Notes: generated by a model not told the origin, from the letters alone. A stretch of DNA of 64,000 nt from Candidatus Thorarchaeota archaeon (GCA_048882485.1 JBHLRP010000008.1:1-64000), one strand, 5' to 3'. Counted from the first letter of the stretch, positions 29,500-39,443 are shown. Made by a program: numbers and translations.

Positions 29500-30441
29500 C
29501 TACGAACTCCCAGGGACACTTGGAGTACTAGAACCGCCTGAGCCGAGAACCCGTCTCACCAGTGAGTTGACCGCAGGTTCGGGATCTATGCCTGGTCTAA
29601 ACCTCAATGCTCCAGTTAGGACATATGTGGCTGCCTTTGAGAGGATTCCATGTGTTATGTTTTTCTTACCCTCTCGCTTCGCCATTTGCGCAGAGAGTCT
29701 TGCAACTGAGATGCCTGCACGAATTGACGCCGGTATTTCAATATCCGTACTCATTCTAGTGGCTGACACTAGTCCATAAATGCTCTCTAGAGTTTTGTCT
29801 GAAAGATTATACTCCGGACAGTTCAGCTTTACTATCTCAATCTCCGTGGATTTTCTCGGGTAGCCGAGTCGAATCCACACCCTGATACGATCTCTTAATG
29901 CCTCGCTCAGTCGATGTGCTCCTGCCATCTCTTCAGGATTAAGAGTCAAGACAGGGAAGAAGTCATCTGCGGCTTTGATTCTGCCCAATCTCGGCACAAC
30001 GGCACTCCACTCTTCAAATGGCTCCAACAAGCTATTCTGGACATACTCTGCTAAGCGGTTTGCTTCGTTAAGGCCAAAGACGCCTCCGAATATCATGGAT
30101 TTCAGAAGCGGGCCTGGGTCAAATGACTCCAGAGTGAAGCCCTTGCTCAACACTAAGCTAGGATTGAATGAACCTATCAGATGTGCTGGTCGAACCCCCT
30201 CATCGCCAGTCAGCCACTCAAAGTCACGGTTGCTCTTCTCTGCGTATGCCCTCAAAAGCAAAGTTTTCCCCACTCCGGGAGGGCCTATCAAAGCTGGAAT
30301 AAGTCCTGAGTTCTCACAGTCCTCAAGAATCTCGAAGGCCTCCTTGTATTGTTCTTTGATGACAATCCGGACCTTCTCTTTCTTAGCAGCCTTGAGGCGC
30401 TCATCAAACTTCTCGGAAAAATCCTTAGCTGTTTTTTGCAT
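29500..30441 (-). CDS. MoxR-family AAA+ ATPase
   Basis: Walker A GPPGVGKT, variant Walker B VFGLNEANR, QNSLL, LSEALRDR, ASIR. Confidence 0.92.
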   Translation of the reverse strand: MQKTAKDFSEKFDERLKAAKKEKVRIVIKEQYKEAFEILEDCENSGLIPALIGPPGVGKTLLLRAYAEKSNRDFEWLTGDEGVRPAHLIGSFNPSLVLSKGFTLESFDPGPLLKSMIFGGVFGLNEANRLAEYVQNSLLEPFEEWSAVVPRLGRIKAADDFFPVLTLNPEEMAGAHRLSEALRDRIRVWIRLGYPRKSTEIEIVKLNCPEYNLSDKTLESIYGLVSATRMSTDIEIPASIRAGISVARLSAQMAKREGKKNITHGILSKAATYVLTGALRFRPGIDPEPAVNSLVRRVLGSGGSSTPSVPGSS

Positions 30442-30575
30442 TATTCTATGCCCCCATAGATCAAAATGTTGTGACTTGAAACCATATTAAAGCATGTCCT
30501 TTCTGCGTTAGGCGAAGCAGGCGTGCGTGAGTTGATTCCTTCTGTAGTTACAAAAAGCTTGAGGTTTCTGATATC

Positions 30576-31565
30576 TTAGCTCCCCAACAATTGCGAGCCA
30601 TAATTGAACAGGGCTGGCGAGCCTCCAGTATGCCAGAAAATTGTGGGCTCATCTGAAGCTATCTCACCTCCCATGGCCATTCTAAGCAATGCTACTCCAG
30701 CTTTAGCTGTATAGACTGGATCCAGGATGATGCCTTGAGATTTCGCAAACATCTGGATAGCGCTTCGAACAGAGTCTTCCATCTCCCCGTACCCCTTTCC
30801 TGTGAACCGATCATCAACTTTGATTTCAGGTTTGAATCTGTCTATCAGTGCAGGATACGCATCAAACATTCGGTCTATCATTTCACCGACCTTTTCTTTG
30901 GTGGTCTTTGCATCGCGGAGTACACTGATTCCTATGACGTCAGCATCAAACTCCGCGAGTTTCGCACCAATTATCATTCCTGCCAGAGTCCCTCCGGTAC
31001 CAACAGGGTGGAGTATCTTCTTTGGCTCTATGCCAAGGTCGTCACATTGTTCCCTCAATTCCATCATTGCCTGAACATATGCTATGCAGCCTACAGGCAT
31101 GAATGCGCCAGCTGGTATACCATAGGGCCTTAGACCCAAATCTCTGAGCGTATCAATGATTGAGTCCATTCTTTGAGAGACCTGGTCGAAATCATCTTCT
31201 GGGAAGAACTGAATCTCTGCTCCAAACAGCCTGTCTAGAAGCACATTACCAGTGTAATCTTCTGGTTCAGTTCCTGCTAGTAGCAAAATACACCTCAGTC
31301 CATTCTGAGCTGCTCCAGCGGCAGTCTGTCGGCAATGGTTGCTTTGAACAGCTCCGACAGTGACAAGAGTATCCGCCTCTTGCTGAAGGGCATCTCCTAT
31401 CACGTACTCGAGTTTGCGTGTCTTGTTGCCGCCAAATGAAATGCCGGTGAGGTCATCTCTCTTTATCCAGAGTGACTTCATGTCCAAGGAATATGCAAGG
31501 TTCTTCATTTCTTGAAAGGGCGTTGGAAGATTAGCTAGTTTTACTCTTGGAAGGATTTCAAGCAT
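30576..31565 (-). CDS. D-cysteine desulfhydrase / ACC deaminase family PLP enzyme
   Basis: IKRDDL..GGNKTRKLEY, QSNHCR, GTGGT, LDPVYTAK and HTGG motifs. Confidence 0.92.
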   Translation of the reverse strand: MLEILPRVKLANLPTPFQEMKNLAYSLDMKSLWIKRDDLTGISFGGNKTRKLEYVIGDALQQEADTLVTVGAVQSNHCRQTAAGAAQNGLRCILLLAGTEPEDYTGNVLLDRLFGAEIQFFPEDDFDQVSQRMDSIIDTLRDLGLRPYGIPAGAFMPVGCIAYVQAMMELREQCDDLGIEPKKILHPVGTGGTLAGMIIGAKLAEFDADVIGISVLRDAKTTKEKVGEMIDRMFDAYPALIDRFKPEIKVDDRFTGKGYGEMEDSVRSAIQMFAKSQGIILDPVYTAKAGVALLRMAMGGEIASDEPTIFWHTGGSPALFNYGSQLLGS

Positions 31566-31567
31566 CG

Positions 31568-32215
31568 CTAATGCCCCGCTCCTGTGAAGGCTGCGATGAT
31601 GTACAAGAGAATTGCAGTAGCGATTCCTGCGAGAAGTGTCTTTGCTCCATAAATCCAGATGTTCTTCCTGGATATTGTTCCCAAGAATAGGCCAAGAGCA
31701 AAGAGAAGTCCCATGCAGATGATTATCGCAATATAAAACGCCATAGAAACACTGAGTAATCCTGATGGCACCAATAGCAATGGAGTGATGATAATGAATG
31801 CGGCAACTGAAGGGGCGAGTCCATCAACTAATGCGACAACTGCAGAAGTTGTACGTGTTGCCTTGGCGTACATCGTGTTGCTCATGTCCGATAGCATTGC
31901 CTTGCCTATTTCCTCAACCTCGCGGTCTCTCTCTGCACTTTCCGCAAGATAAGATCCACTGAATCCTGAGACCGCCATCGCGACGCTAGTACCAACCGCT
32001 GCGAGCAGAAGAGCGTCGAACACCACCTCTGGATTGGTGGTCTGCATAGTGATGAGACCGCCAAAAATCAGTCCAAGCATGGTGAGCGCGCCGTCAAACG
32101 CGTTCATCGCAAGGTAACGGCGGGCTATTTCAACACCTTGTGTGAGTTCCAGTGCCCTCATAGTCCTCTCAATTAGTCCAGGGCCCTTTTGCAGGTCATC
32201 TTCTGGTTCTGTCAC
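31568..32215 (-). CDS. VIT1/CCC1-family (TIGR00267-like) membrane protein
   Basis: RRYLAMNAFDGALTMLG and SYLAESAER motifs; 5 TM helices. Confidence 0.85.
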   Translation of the reverse strand: MTEPEDDLQKGPGLIERTMRALELTQGVEIARRYLAMNAFDGALTMLGLIFGGLITMQTTNPEVVFDALLLAAVGTSVAMAVSGFSGSYLAESAERDREVEEIGKAMLSDMSNTMYAKATRTTSAVVALVDGLAPSVAAFIIITPLLLVPSGLLSVSMAFYIAIIICMGLLFALGLFLGTISRKNIWIYGAKTLLAGIATAILLYIIAAFTGAGH

Positions 32216-32334
32216 AGATACTTAGCTCCGTGAATCATGTCCAGCCTAGCAGGTTTCCCTACATGATATAAGCTATCCGGAATCACAGATATCTGTTGAT
32301 GCATGATTGCTAACGATATGGCTCTATGATTCTG

Positions 32335-32517
32335 CTAGTATAGCCAGAGCACCTCTGCGAATAGAATCAGGAAAATAAGTATCGCGATTAGGATGATTGC
32401 ACATATCACCTGGACTGAACATGTGCAGCATCTTTCACAGCAGCCCTCTTGCTGCTGTGGTTCTCGAGGACTTGGTGTGTAGTCATCTGGCATCGGAATC
32501 TCTGTCATAGGAACCAC
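32335..32517 (-). CDS. Small Pro/Gln-rich, Cys-rich tail-anchored membrane protein (CYSTM-like)
   Basis: PSPREPQQQEGCCERCCTC followed by a C-terminal hydrophobic helix; sits in an otherwise empty gap. Confidence 0.65.
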   Translation of the reverse strand: MVPMTEIPMPDDYTPSPREPQQQEGCCERCCTCSVQVICAIILIAILIFLILFAEVLWLY

Positions 32518-32628
32518 ACTAGCTTCAAAGTGCTTCTTTCAAAGCCTGCTATCTGTGATAACTATCCTTCTTATGAGGATTACGTGGTTGTCTACAGATA
32601 CGGCCGCAAAGGTTGAAAAGCGAAGAAG

Positions 32629-34164
32629 GTGAGTTTATGGCGAAGCGTGTGGAGACCAGGAGAATTGTCGGAGAACGAAAAACCAACCACAATTTTCGAT
32701 AGACCATTTGGCCTGCGGATTATTGGGCTGACTCAGATGGCTTTTGGAGTCTTTGGCCTGCTTGCAGCAGTAGGTATCCTAGTTGCCTCTTTTGGAGCTG
32801 CTCCAGCCTTTGCTTTAGTGGGACCTTTGTACGCCTTAGTCATTTTCGTTGGAGTTGCGCTACCTTGCCTGATTATAGGAAATTACGTTGACGATCTCAG
32901 AAGAAACGCAGTGATTGGTCAAGCACTCTACAGTATCATCGCAGTTGGCTTGACAACCTACTTTTTGTTGAATTGGGGAGTCGCATACAGTTGGACTGTG
33001 CCTTGGTTTGAACTCAGCTTCAACATACAGATTGGAAATATTGCAGTCTTTGTGTTGGCGACTCAGGCAGCTTTTCTGTTCTACATGCTGATTTATTGGA
33101 ACCGAATAGCGCCACCATCAGGAACCGTCATCGTCAGAGACCGGAGACGTGCACGCCTCCTTGAGGAAGGGTTGATGGCTGTTCCACTCACACCAGCGCT
33201 ACTGAGCTCAGATGGTTCTGTGCTGTCTCAGGATGAGGCACAAAGAATCATTGATGTTCGAAAAGTCACTACCACTGAGGGCATGGCGATTCTTTGCTCA
33301 AATTGCGATGGGGCGACACCTCTGACTAAGATGGTGGATGACAACACAGTAGTTTGTGATTACTGTGGAGTCACTCTTGCTGTGAGCAGTGTCTTTGTCC
33401 CATGTGAAGACCATCCAGAGTATCTCGCGGCTACAAACTGTGCCGTCTGTGGGGAGCATTTCTGCCGAAGATGTCTAACTGCACAGGATCCTCCTATAGA
33501 CAGGCGTTGGAAAGGCTCCACTGTCTACCTCTGTAGAAACTGCTTCGAGGGTAGATATCGTCCAGCTGTCACAACCACTTCACTTGTCTTGCCAATTGAA
33601 GACTTGTTTGGTCAGGCTGGGGGACGATTCTCAAAAGTAGGTGGAATGTATCGACGGTTTCTGGGAGCCTATGGAGGCGCAATGGCAAAGGTATTCAGAG
33701 CCTCAATCCATATCTTCTCTTCATTGGACTGGTCCAGCGGCGCGAGCTCCAGCGGAAGCAGCTGCGGAGGAGGAGGAGGGGGTGGTGGCGGAGGCGGCGA
33801 TGAATGCTGTGGAGCAATTCTTGTGATCATAATCATTATCATCGCGATTCCTATCCTAGTTGGCCTAGTGATGCTTCTTGGAGCGATAGTCATTGTACCA
33901 GTTCTCTTCTATGCTGGACTCATTGGAGTGACAATAGAGGCAATCAGAATCATCCGAAAAACGGATTTCGTATCATTAGAGCAGGCACGGGAGAAGGGCT
34001 TGCTTGAGGGTCGCAAGGTTGAGGTCGAGCAGACTCCGCTTCGCAATGAAAGCCGGCCTTGGATGGATGACCGCAGAGTCAGAGAAACTGAGAGGCAGTA
34101 TGAAAGAGATAGAGCTCATGAGAGAAAAGAGGTTCCTGCCGATTCGTTCTGGAGGAGATACTGA
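32629..34164 (+). CDS. Membrane protein: 4 TM, zinc ribbon, B-box-like zinc finger, Gly-rich linker, CC-TM hairpin
   Basis: CSNC..CDYC; CEDH..CAVCGEHFCRRC..CRNC; poly-Gly followed by ECCG and a long hydrophobic segment. Confidence 0.85.
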   Translation: MSLWRSVWRPGELSENEKPTTIFDRPFGLRIIGLTQMAFGVFGLLAAVGILVASFGAAPAFALVGPLYALVIFVGVALPCLIIGNYVDDLRRNAVIGQALYSIIAVGLTTYFLLNWGVAYSWTVPWFELSFNIQIGNIAVFVLATQAAFLFYMLIYWNRIAPPSGTVIVRDRRRARLLEEGLMAVPLTPALLSSDGSVLSQDEAQRIIDVRKVTTTEGMAILCSNCDGATPLTKMVDDNTVVCDYCGVTLAVSSVFVPCEDHPEYLAATNCAVCGEHFCRRCLTAQDPPIDRRWKGSTVYLCRNCFEGRYRPAVTTTSLVLPIEDLFGQAGGRFSKVGGMYRRFLGAYGGAMAKVFRASIHIFSSLDWSSGASSSGSSCGGGGGGGGGGGDECCGAILVIIIIIIAIPILVGLVMLLGAIVIVPVLFYAGLIGVTIEAIRIIRKTDFVSLEQAREKGLLEGRKVEVEQTPLRNESRPWMDDRRVRETERQYERDRAHERKEVPADSFWRRY

Positions 34165-34988
34165 TGGCCTATCACACAGAGAACATCCTATGTCCTGTTT
34201 GTGGAGGTCGAATCGGTGTCGAGTTCACAGACAAAGTCAATCGCTGTGAGTACTGTGCCAGTTCGGTCCTAGGACCGAGTCAAAGCAGAAACTGTGTCAA
34301 CCACTCAGACATCCTAGCAAAGGCATCCTGTAATGTATGTGGTGATCTCATCTGCGAAGAGTGCATGCATACCAGGATTGGAGATTATGGAGGAAAGCTT
34401 CTAACCATTGTGCATTGCAACAAGGATACTTGTATAGCAGAAAGTGATTGGGCAAAGTCCCTCAATAGAGAGTTTCAGGAACTGACCAACTTCGATTGGT
34501 CTGATAATGAGGACAACATTATCCTTAGAGTCGTTGGATTGGGTGCAATCCTAATGATGGTCTTCGAACTCTTCTTCATTCTGGCAATGCTATGGATTCA
34601 ATACTTTGATCCTTGGGGACAATCAGTTCCTTCGCCGATTCCATTCCTTTTTGTTCGGGGCGACACCATTGTTATTCTAAATATCATCGGAAATGCATTG
34701 TCTGCCGTCATACTTCAAACGGCCCTGCAGATTTACATTCATGAAAGACAACTAGGATCAGGTGTATTCTTGCTTGGATTTCTGCTCCTCGAGGCGGCAT
34801 TTCTCCTTGCCAGAGGACTCTACTTCAATCTATTAGCCTACCCAGGAACTTGGCTTGTTCCATTCCTGCTTGGAGCATTTGGCGTCGCCACACTGATGAT
34901 ATTCTTTGGTTCATTAGCAGGTATCTATGTGGGATGGAGGAAACATAGCCAAATAGCTGATGCAAAGATAAGACTTGGTCTTGAGTGA
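34164..34988 (+). CDS. Membrane protein: zinc ribbon, B-box-like zinc finger, 4 TM
   Basis: CPVC..CEYC; CVNH..CNVCGDLICEEC..HCNKDTC; TGATG overlap with the upstream gene. Confidence 0.85.
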   Translation: MAYHTENILCPVCGGRIGVEFTDKVNRCEYCASSVLGPSQSRNCVNHSDILAKASCNVCGDLICEECMHTRIGDYGGKLLTIVHCNKDTCIAESDWAKSLNREFQELTNFDWSDNEDNIILRVVGLGAILMMVFELFFILAMLWIQYFDPWGQSVPSPIPFLFVRGDTIVILNIIGNALSAVILQTALQIYIHERQLGSGVFLLGFLLLEAAFLLARGLYFNLLAYPGTWLVPFLLGAFGVATLMIFFGSLAGIYVGWRKHSQIADAKIRLGLE

Positions 34989-35016
34989 GAAGTGAGATTT
35001 GCTTAACTCATTGTCC

Positions 35017-36765
35017 TCATTCTTTCGGGGTATCAAATAGGTCGATGAATCTAAACCTATCAACATCAACCAGGCCCCTATCAGTTATCTTGAGTTTAGG
35101 TATCACAGGCAAAGAGAGGAAAGCCATGGTCATGAAGGGCTCACTGAGTGTACTTCCGATGGTCTTTGCGGCATCTTTTAGTTCCTGTATCTTCTCACTG
35201 ACCACTTCTATTGTCTGATCTGACATTAGACCTGCAATAGGAAGTGGCAATGAAGCAATGACCTTCTCATCTCTCACTATCGCCAATCCGCCTTGCATTC
35301 GGACAATCTGAACTGCAGCTGCTATGAGATCTCTGTCGTTGGTTGCTACCGCAACTATGTTGTGACTATCGTGAGCAATGGAACTGACCATAGCTCCTTC
35401 TTTTAGACCAAGACCTTTCACAAATCCTATACCCGTCACGTCTGATGCATTGTGCCTTTCAATGATTGCAATCTTTGAAATGTCTCTGTCCACATCAGGA
35501 ATTGCTAGCCCATCCTCAATCCTAGTGTCCTCAACAAGATGTTCAGTGATAATCTGATCAGGTATAATGCCTATGACGTTCATCTTATCTCCCCGGGCCT
35601 TGACCTGGAAATCTTCTGGATCTAGCCATGTTATGTTGACCGATCTTCGGAGACGTGGCTGTTCGTGCTCTCCGATGTCCCAAATTAGCTTCCCTTTGGA
35701 AGCCACCATTTCACCATTCTTGTAAACGCTATGGACGTTGATGTTCTTAAAATCATCAAGCACTGCAATGTCCGCATGATAGCCTGGTGCAATGGCTCCC
35801 CTATACTGTAGACCGTAATGTCGAGCTGTCGATATAGTGGCTACTCGAATGGCTTGGACAGGATCTACACCATAGGATACTGCATCGCGAATCAGACTGT
35901 CAATATGCCCTCTTTCAAGTAAATCCAATGTGTTGCGGTCATCGGTCACAAAACTGCAGAGCAATGAGGTGTGCGGCTGGATAAGCGGTGAAAGGTCCTT
36001 GAGGTTCTTTGCAGTTGATCCCTCCCTGATATGAATGTGCATCCCCACGGCAAGCTTGGCCTCCGCTTCCTCCAATGTGTAGCACTCATGTTCGGATGTT
36101 ATCCTAGCGGCGGCATAGGCGTTCAGTTCCATCCCTGCGAGGTCAGGTGCATGACCATCAACTCTCTTTCCTGTTGCCAGTGTCACTCTGATTTTCTCCA
36201 GAATGTCGGGGTCTCTGTAGACAACTCCGGGGTAGTTCATGGCTTCTGCGAGTCCCAATACATAGTGCTCGGAAAGGAGTGGTTTGATGTCTAAGAAATC
36301 CAGCGCTACCCCATTTGTCTCCAAATCGGTTGATGGCACACATGATGGGAGCATGATGTAAAACTCGAGCGGGCCTCCTCTCATGGACTTGGACATGTAC
36401 ATGATTCCCTCAAGTCCCAACACATTTGCGATCTCATGAGGGTCGGCAACAACTGCCCCTGTCCCATGGGGCACCACAGCTCTGGCATATTGAAGTGGCA
36501 TGACCATGGAAGACTCCACGTGTACATGGGCATCAAAGAATGAGGGTACGACATACTTGCCCTTGAGGTCAACAGTGTTGCTGCCAACATACTTTCCAAT
36601 GCCTGCGATATAGCCCTGATGGATCGCGACATCTCCTTCGATTATATCTCCAGAAAAGACGTTGACCACTGAAGCATTTTTCAGGACGAGATCGGATCGA
36701 GTTCTTCCAGCGGCAACATCAATCATCTGGTCAAGGGGGTAGGTGTCGGTCTGCGTTGTAGCCAA
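35017..36765 (-). CDS. ade: Adenine deaminase
   Basis: DAHVHVESSM, DPHEIANV, DGHAP, IREGS, TDD, SIAHDSHN, PIAGLMS and LSLPVIP motifs. Confidence 0.96.
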   Translation of the reverse strand: MATTQTDTYPLDQMIDVAAGRTRSDLVLKNASVVNVFSGDIIEGDVAIHQGYIAGIGKYVGSNTVDLKGKYVVPSFFDAHVHVESSMVMPLQYARAVVPHGTGAVVADPHEIANVLGLEGIMYMSKSMRGGPLEFYIMLPSCVPSTDLETNGVALDFLDIKPLLSEHYVLGLAEAMNYPGVVYRDPDILEKIRVTLATGKRVDGHAPDLAGMELNAYAAARITSEHECYTLEEAEAKLAVGMHIHIREGSTAKNLKDLSPLIQPHTSLLCSFVTDDRNTLDLLERGHIDSLIRDAVSYGVDPVQAIRVATISTARHYGLQYRGAIAPGYHADIAVLDDFKNINVHSVYKNGEMVASKGKLIWDIGEHEQPRLRRSVNITWLDPEDFQVKARGDKMNVIGIIPDQIITEHLVEDTRIEDGLAIPDVDRDISKIAIIERHNASDVTGIGFVKGLGLKEGAMVSSIAHDSHNIVAVATNDRDLIAAAVQIVRMQGGLAIVRDEKVIASLPLPIAGLMSDQTIEVVSEKIQELKDAAKTIGSTLSEPFMTMAFLSLPVIPKLKITDRGLVDVDRFRFIDLFDTPKE

Positions 36766-37071
36766 TCCTCTTCACTCCTTTAGTTTCTCTACTCAGACAG
36801 ACAACAAGAAAGGGTTTCCGGTGTCATCATATTATGCACGGTTTTTTCCATATGCACTTGACCCGAGTCAAGGTTAACTTGTTAAACCTCACTCCGTGCC
36901 TCCCTCTAGGTTTCACCTTGATTCAGCTAGAGCGGTCATACCCATTTTCCGAATCAGAAAAATCATCCTTCAAAGGCCTCGAAATTTCAGGTTCATATAC
37001 TCAGAAACCGAATATGGAGGCCAATAGAAAATAATGCTTGTTTAGACATAGTAGAATTGCCTAACCCGGTG

Positions 37072-37836
37072 TTATTCCTTCTTCACACCAACAACGATTA
37101 GCCTTCTAGCTGTGTTATCATATACGCTACCATCAAGTCCACCATAGGCACGCACATCTACGAATCCCGCTGATCTAAGTAATGACTTCAGCTCTGTGGC
37201 TGAGTAGATATAGTGAGTGACAATCCATTCATGTCTTGTCCCATCTTGTGTAATCAATATCCAAGTGTTGTGAAATTTTCTCCAATCATCAGCGGGCTTT
37301 CTTCGTTCAAGATAGATGCCATACTCCCCTTCGCTCCAGTCCGCCTCTTTGTATATTCTTGCTAGAATCTCCTTCCCCATTACATCAATAATGAACCGAC
37401 CTCCAGGTCTGAGAGATTTGTATACATTATCCAGCACAACCATTTGCTGACTATCGTCATCGAAGTATCCAAACGAAGTGAACATACTCAAGACAACATC
37501 AAAGCTTTTCTCTCGCACAAACTCTCTCATGTCCATCAGCACAAACTCAGTTGAGAGGGCTTCATTCTTTGCTGTGCCCTTCGCTATCTCTAGATAGGAC
37601 TTGGTTCTATCAACGCCGGTGACCTTGTATCCTCTTCTTGCGAATTCATTTGAATGCCGACCGATTCCGCAACACAAGTCCAAGATTTCATCTTCAGTTG
37701 ACATCTCTAATAGCTCGATGGTCTTGTCTACTTCTTCGATGGTCATCTCAATCCTTTGTTCACTGAACATGACCCGGCCAAATCTCTCCCACAGTTCATC
37801 CCTTTCATACCAGGGTGTCTTATCATCAGCTGGCAT
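37072..37836 (-). CDS. Class I SAM-dependent methyltransferase
   Basis: ILDLCCGIGRH, DMR, FTSFGYF and LRPGGRF motifs. Start at ATG 37836. Confidence 0.92.
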   Translation of the reverse strand: MPADDKTPWYERDELWERFGRVMFSEQRIEMTIEEVDKTIELLEMSTEDEILDLCCGIGRHSNEFARRGYKVTGVDRTKSYLEIAKGTAKNEALSTEFVLMDMREFVREKSFDVVLSMFTSFGYFDDDSQQMVVLDNVYKSLRPGGRFIIDVMGKEILARIYKEADWSEGEYGIYLERRKPADDWRKFHNTWILITQDGTRHEWIVTHYIYSATELKSLLRSAGFVDVRAYGGLDGSVYDNTARRLIVVGVKKE

Positions 37837-37992
37837 GGCGAATACCACGATAGACAATCGGATGAAGGTCCATTTCAACTTTCGGTCAAGAGTTGTTGTC
37901 CAATTCCATTTCGTTTGATTTTTAACGGACATCTGGCGGGAACAGATAGAGCTTCAGTTGCGACTGTAGCTTTTGAGCTATGGAGACAATTA

Positions 37993-38676
37993 ATGATGAC
38001 GTGGCTGGAAAGACACCCCATCAGAACGGACTCCAAGAGCATTGCCCTTCTAGCTATCTTTACAGCGATGGTGATAGCCATTGAGGCATTTCCAATACCG
38101 GGGATAACTGACATCCCACTGGACCCCTCTGGCGGATTCACAATAGACCCTACGGGCATACCAATTGTGATTGTATTTGAGGGACTTGGATTCCTCTTTT
38201 CGTTGATCATGATAGCTGCAATGTGGATCGCAATTGGATACCGAAATCCAATCGGTGCAACCTTCAAGGGCTTTGCTGAGTTCTACACCATACTAGGTAT
38301 GATAGTTGCGAAGATAATAGTCAGACGCCGGAGATATGACCGAAGGGTACGTATCATCCTGTACTTGATTTTCGGATGCCTCTTCAGAGCGGTTGGTATG
38401 TTCTTAACCAACATTCCATTGTTACAAACGCTTTATGGACTTCCTTTCGACATAGCTGTAGCAGGGTCTGCAGCATATGTTGCCCTTAACATCATTCAAG
38501 CAGCTATCAACGTAGTTGGCGGACTCATACTCTATTACCTAATCCCCGAGAATTTGGCACTTCAGGCGGGCCTAGGGGATGACGCCGGCAGCGCGTCTTC
38601 TAGGGTTGAAGAGCTTCCGTTAGAAGAAATTGAGAGTTCTCAGCCAGATGACCCCGCGTTCCGAGGTCAGGGATGA
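37993..38676 (+). CDS. ECF-transporter S-component-like membrane protein
   Basis: KSIALLAIFTAM N-terminus, IDPTGIP, about 6 TM helices, NIIQAAIN. Confidence 0.7.
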   Translation: MMTWLERHPIRTDSKSIALLAIFTAMVIAIEAFPIPGITDIPLDPSGGFTIDPTGIPIVIVFEGLGFLFSLIMIAAMWIAIGYRNPIGATFKGFAEFYTILGMIVAKIIVRRRRYDRRVRIILYLIFGCLFRAVGMFLTNIPLLQTLYGLPFDIAVAGSAAYVALNIIQAAINVVGGLILYYLIPENLALQAGLGDDAGSASSRVEELPLEEIESSQPDDPAFRGQG

Positions 38677-38683
38677 ATCAGCA

Positions 38684-39439
38684 ATGAAGAATCGAGAACT
38701 CACCATAGTGCCAATTCGGGAGATTCCCCTGATTAAACCAGGGGATGACCTCCCCTCTCTTTTTGCTGAGAAGCTGAGGGGCATTAGCGAGGAGCTTGAA
38801 TCTGGCGATGTCCTCGTGGTATCTCATACCATTGTGTCTATAGCTGAGGGGCGACTCTATTTACTGTCAGAGATTGAAGTTTCTGATAAAGCAAGGCAAC
38901 TGTCATCGAAATTGGAAAAAGAACCAGAGTATGTACAGCTGGCATTGGACAACTCAGTCGAAATAATCCGTGAAGCACCTGTATTGATTACAAGAACTGC
39001 CCAGGGGCTCATTACTGACTTTTCTGGTGTCGACAAGAGCAATGCTCCGCCTGATCATGCTTTGGCACTTCCCATGGACCCGGACAATTCGGCTCAGGCG
39101 ATACATGATGCGATTTCTAATGAGCTTGGCATTGAGATCCCTGTAATCATAGCTGACACTCAAGGTCGGCCTTGGAGGAGAGGTGCAATCAACTTAGCAA
39201 TTGGTATTGCTGGCATGACGCCCTTTACTGAGAATGCCGGCAGACTGGACCGCTTTGGAAGAACACTTCAGACTTCCCGCGTGTGCCTTGCTGATGAACT
39301 TGCGGCGGCAGCCGAGCTTGTTATGGGCCAAGCTGGAGAAGGAATTCCAGCTGCCATAATACGGGGATTGAATCTTAAGAATGAACATGGGTCTGCTAAA
39401 GATATCCTAAGAGACCCCGAACGAAACCTCTTCAGGTAG
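38684..39439 (+). CDS. cofE: Coenzyme F420-0:L-glutamate ligase
   Basis: IPLIKPGDDL, SIAEGR, GVDKSN, DTQGRPWRRG, ADELAAAA and LFR motifs. Confidence 0.93.
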   Translation: MKNRELTIVPIREIPLIKPGDDLPSLFAEKLRGISEELESGDVLVVSHTIVSIAEGRLYLLSEIEVSDKARQLSSKLEKEPEYVQLALDNSVEIIREAPVLITRTAQGLITDFSGVDKSNAPPDHALALPMDPDNSAQAIHDAISNELGIEIPVIIADTQGRPWRRGAINLAIGIAGMTPFTENAGRLDRFGRTLQTSRVCLADELAAAAELVMGQAGEGIPAAIIRGLNLKNEHGSAKDILRDPERNLFR

Positions 39440-39443
39440 AAAG

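Noticed and set aside
29975-30490. Long antisense ORFs (this one, 54808-55338, 44037-44489 and similar)
   Set aside because: They are shadows of well-supported genes on the opposite strand.
33760-33800. GGA/GGC run as a G-quadruplex or contingency locus
   Set aside because: Explained by a poly-Gly linker using mixed codons.
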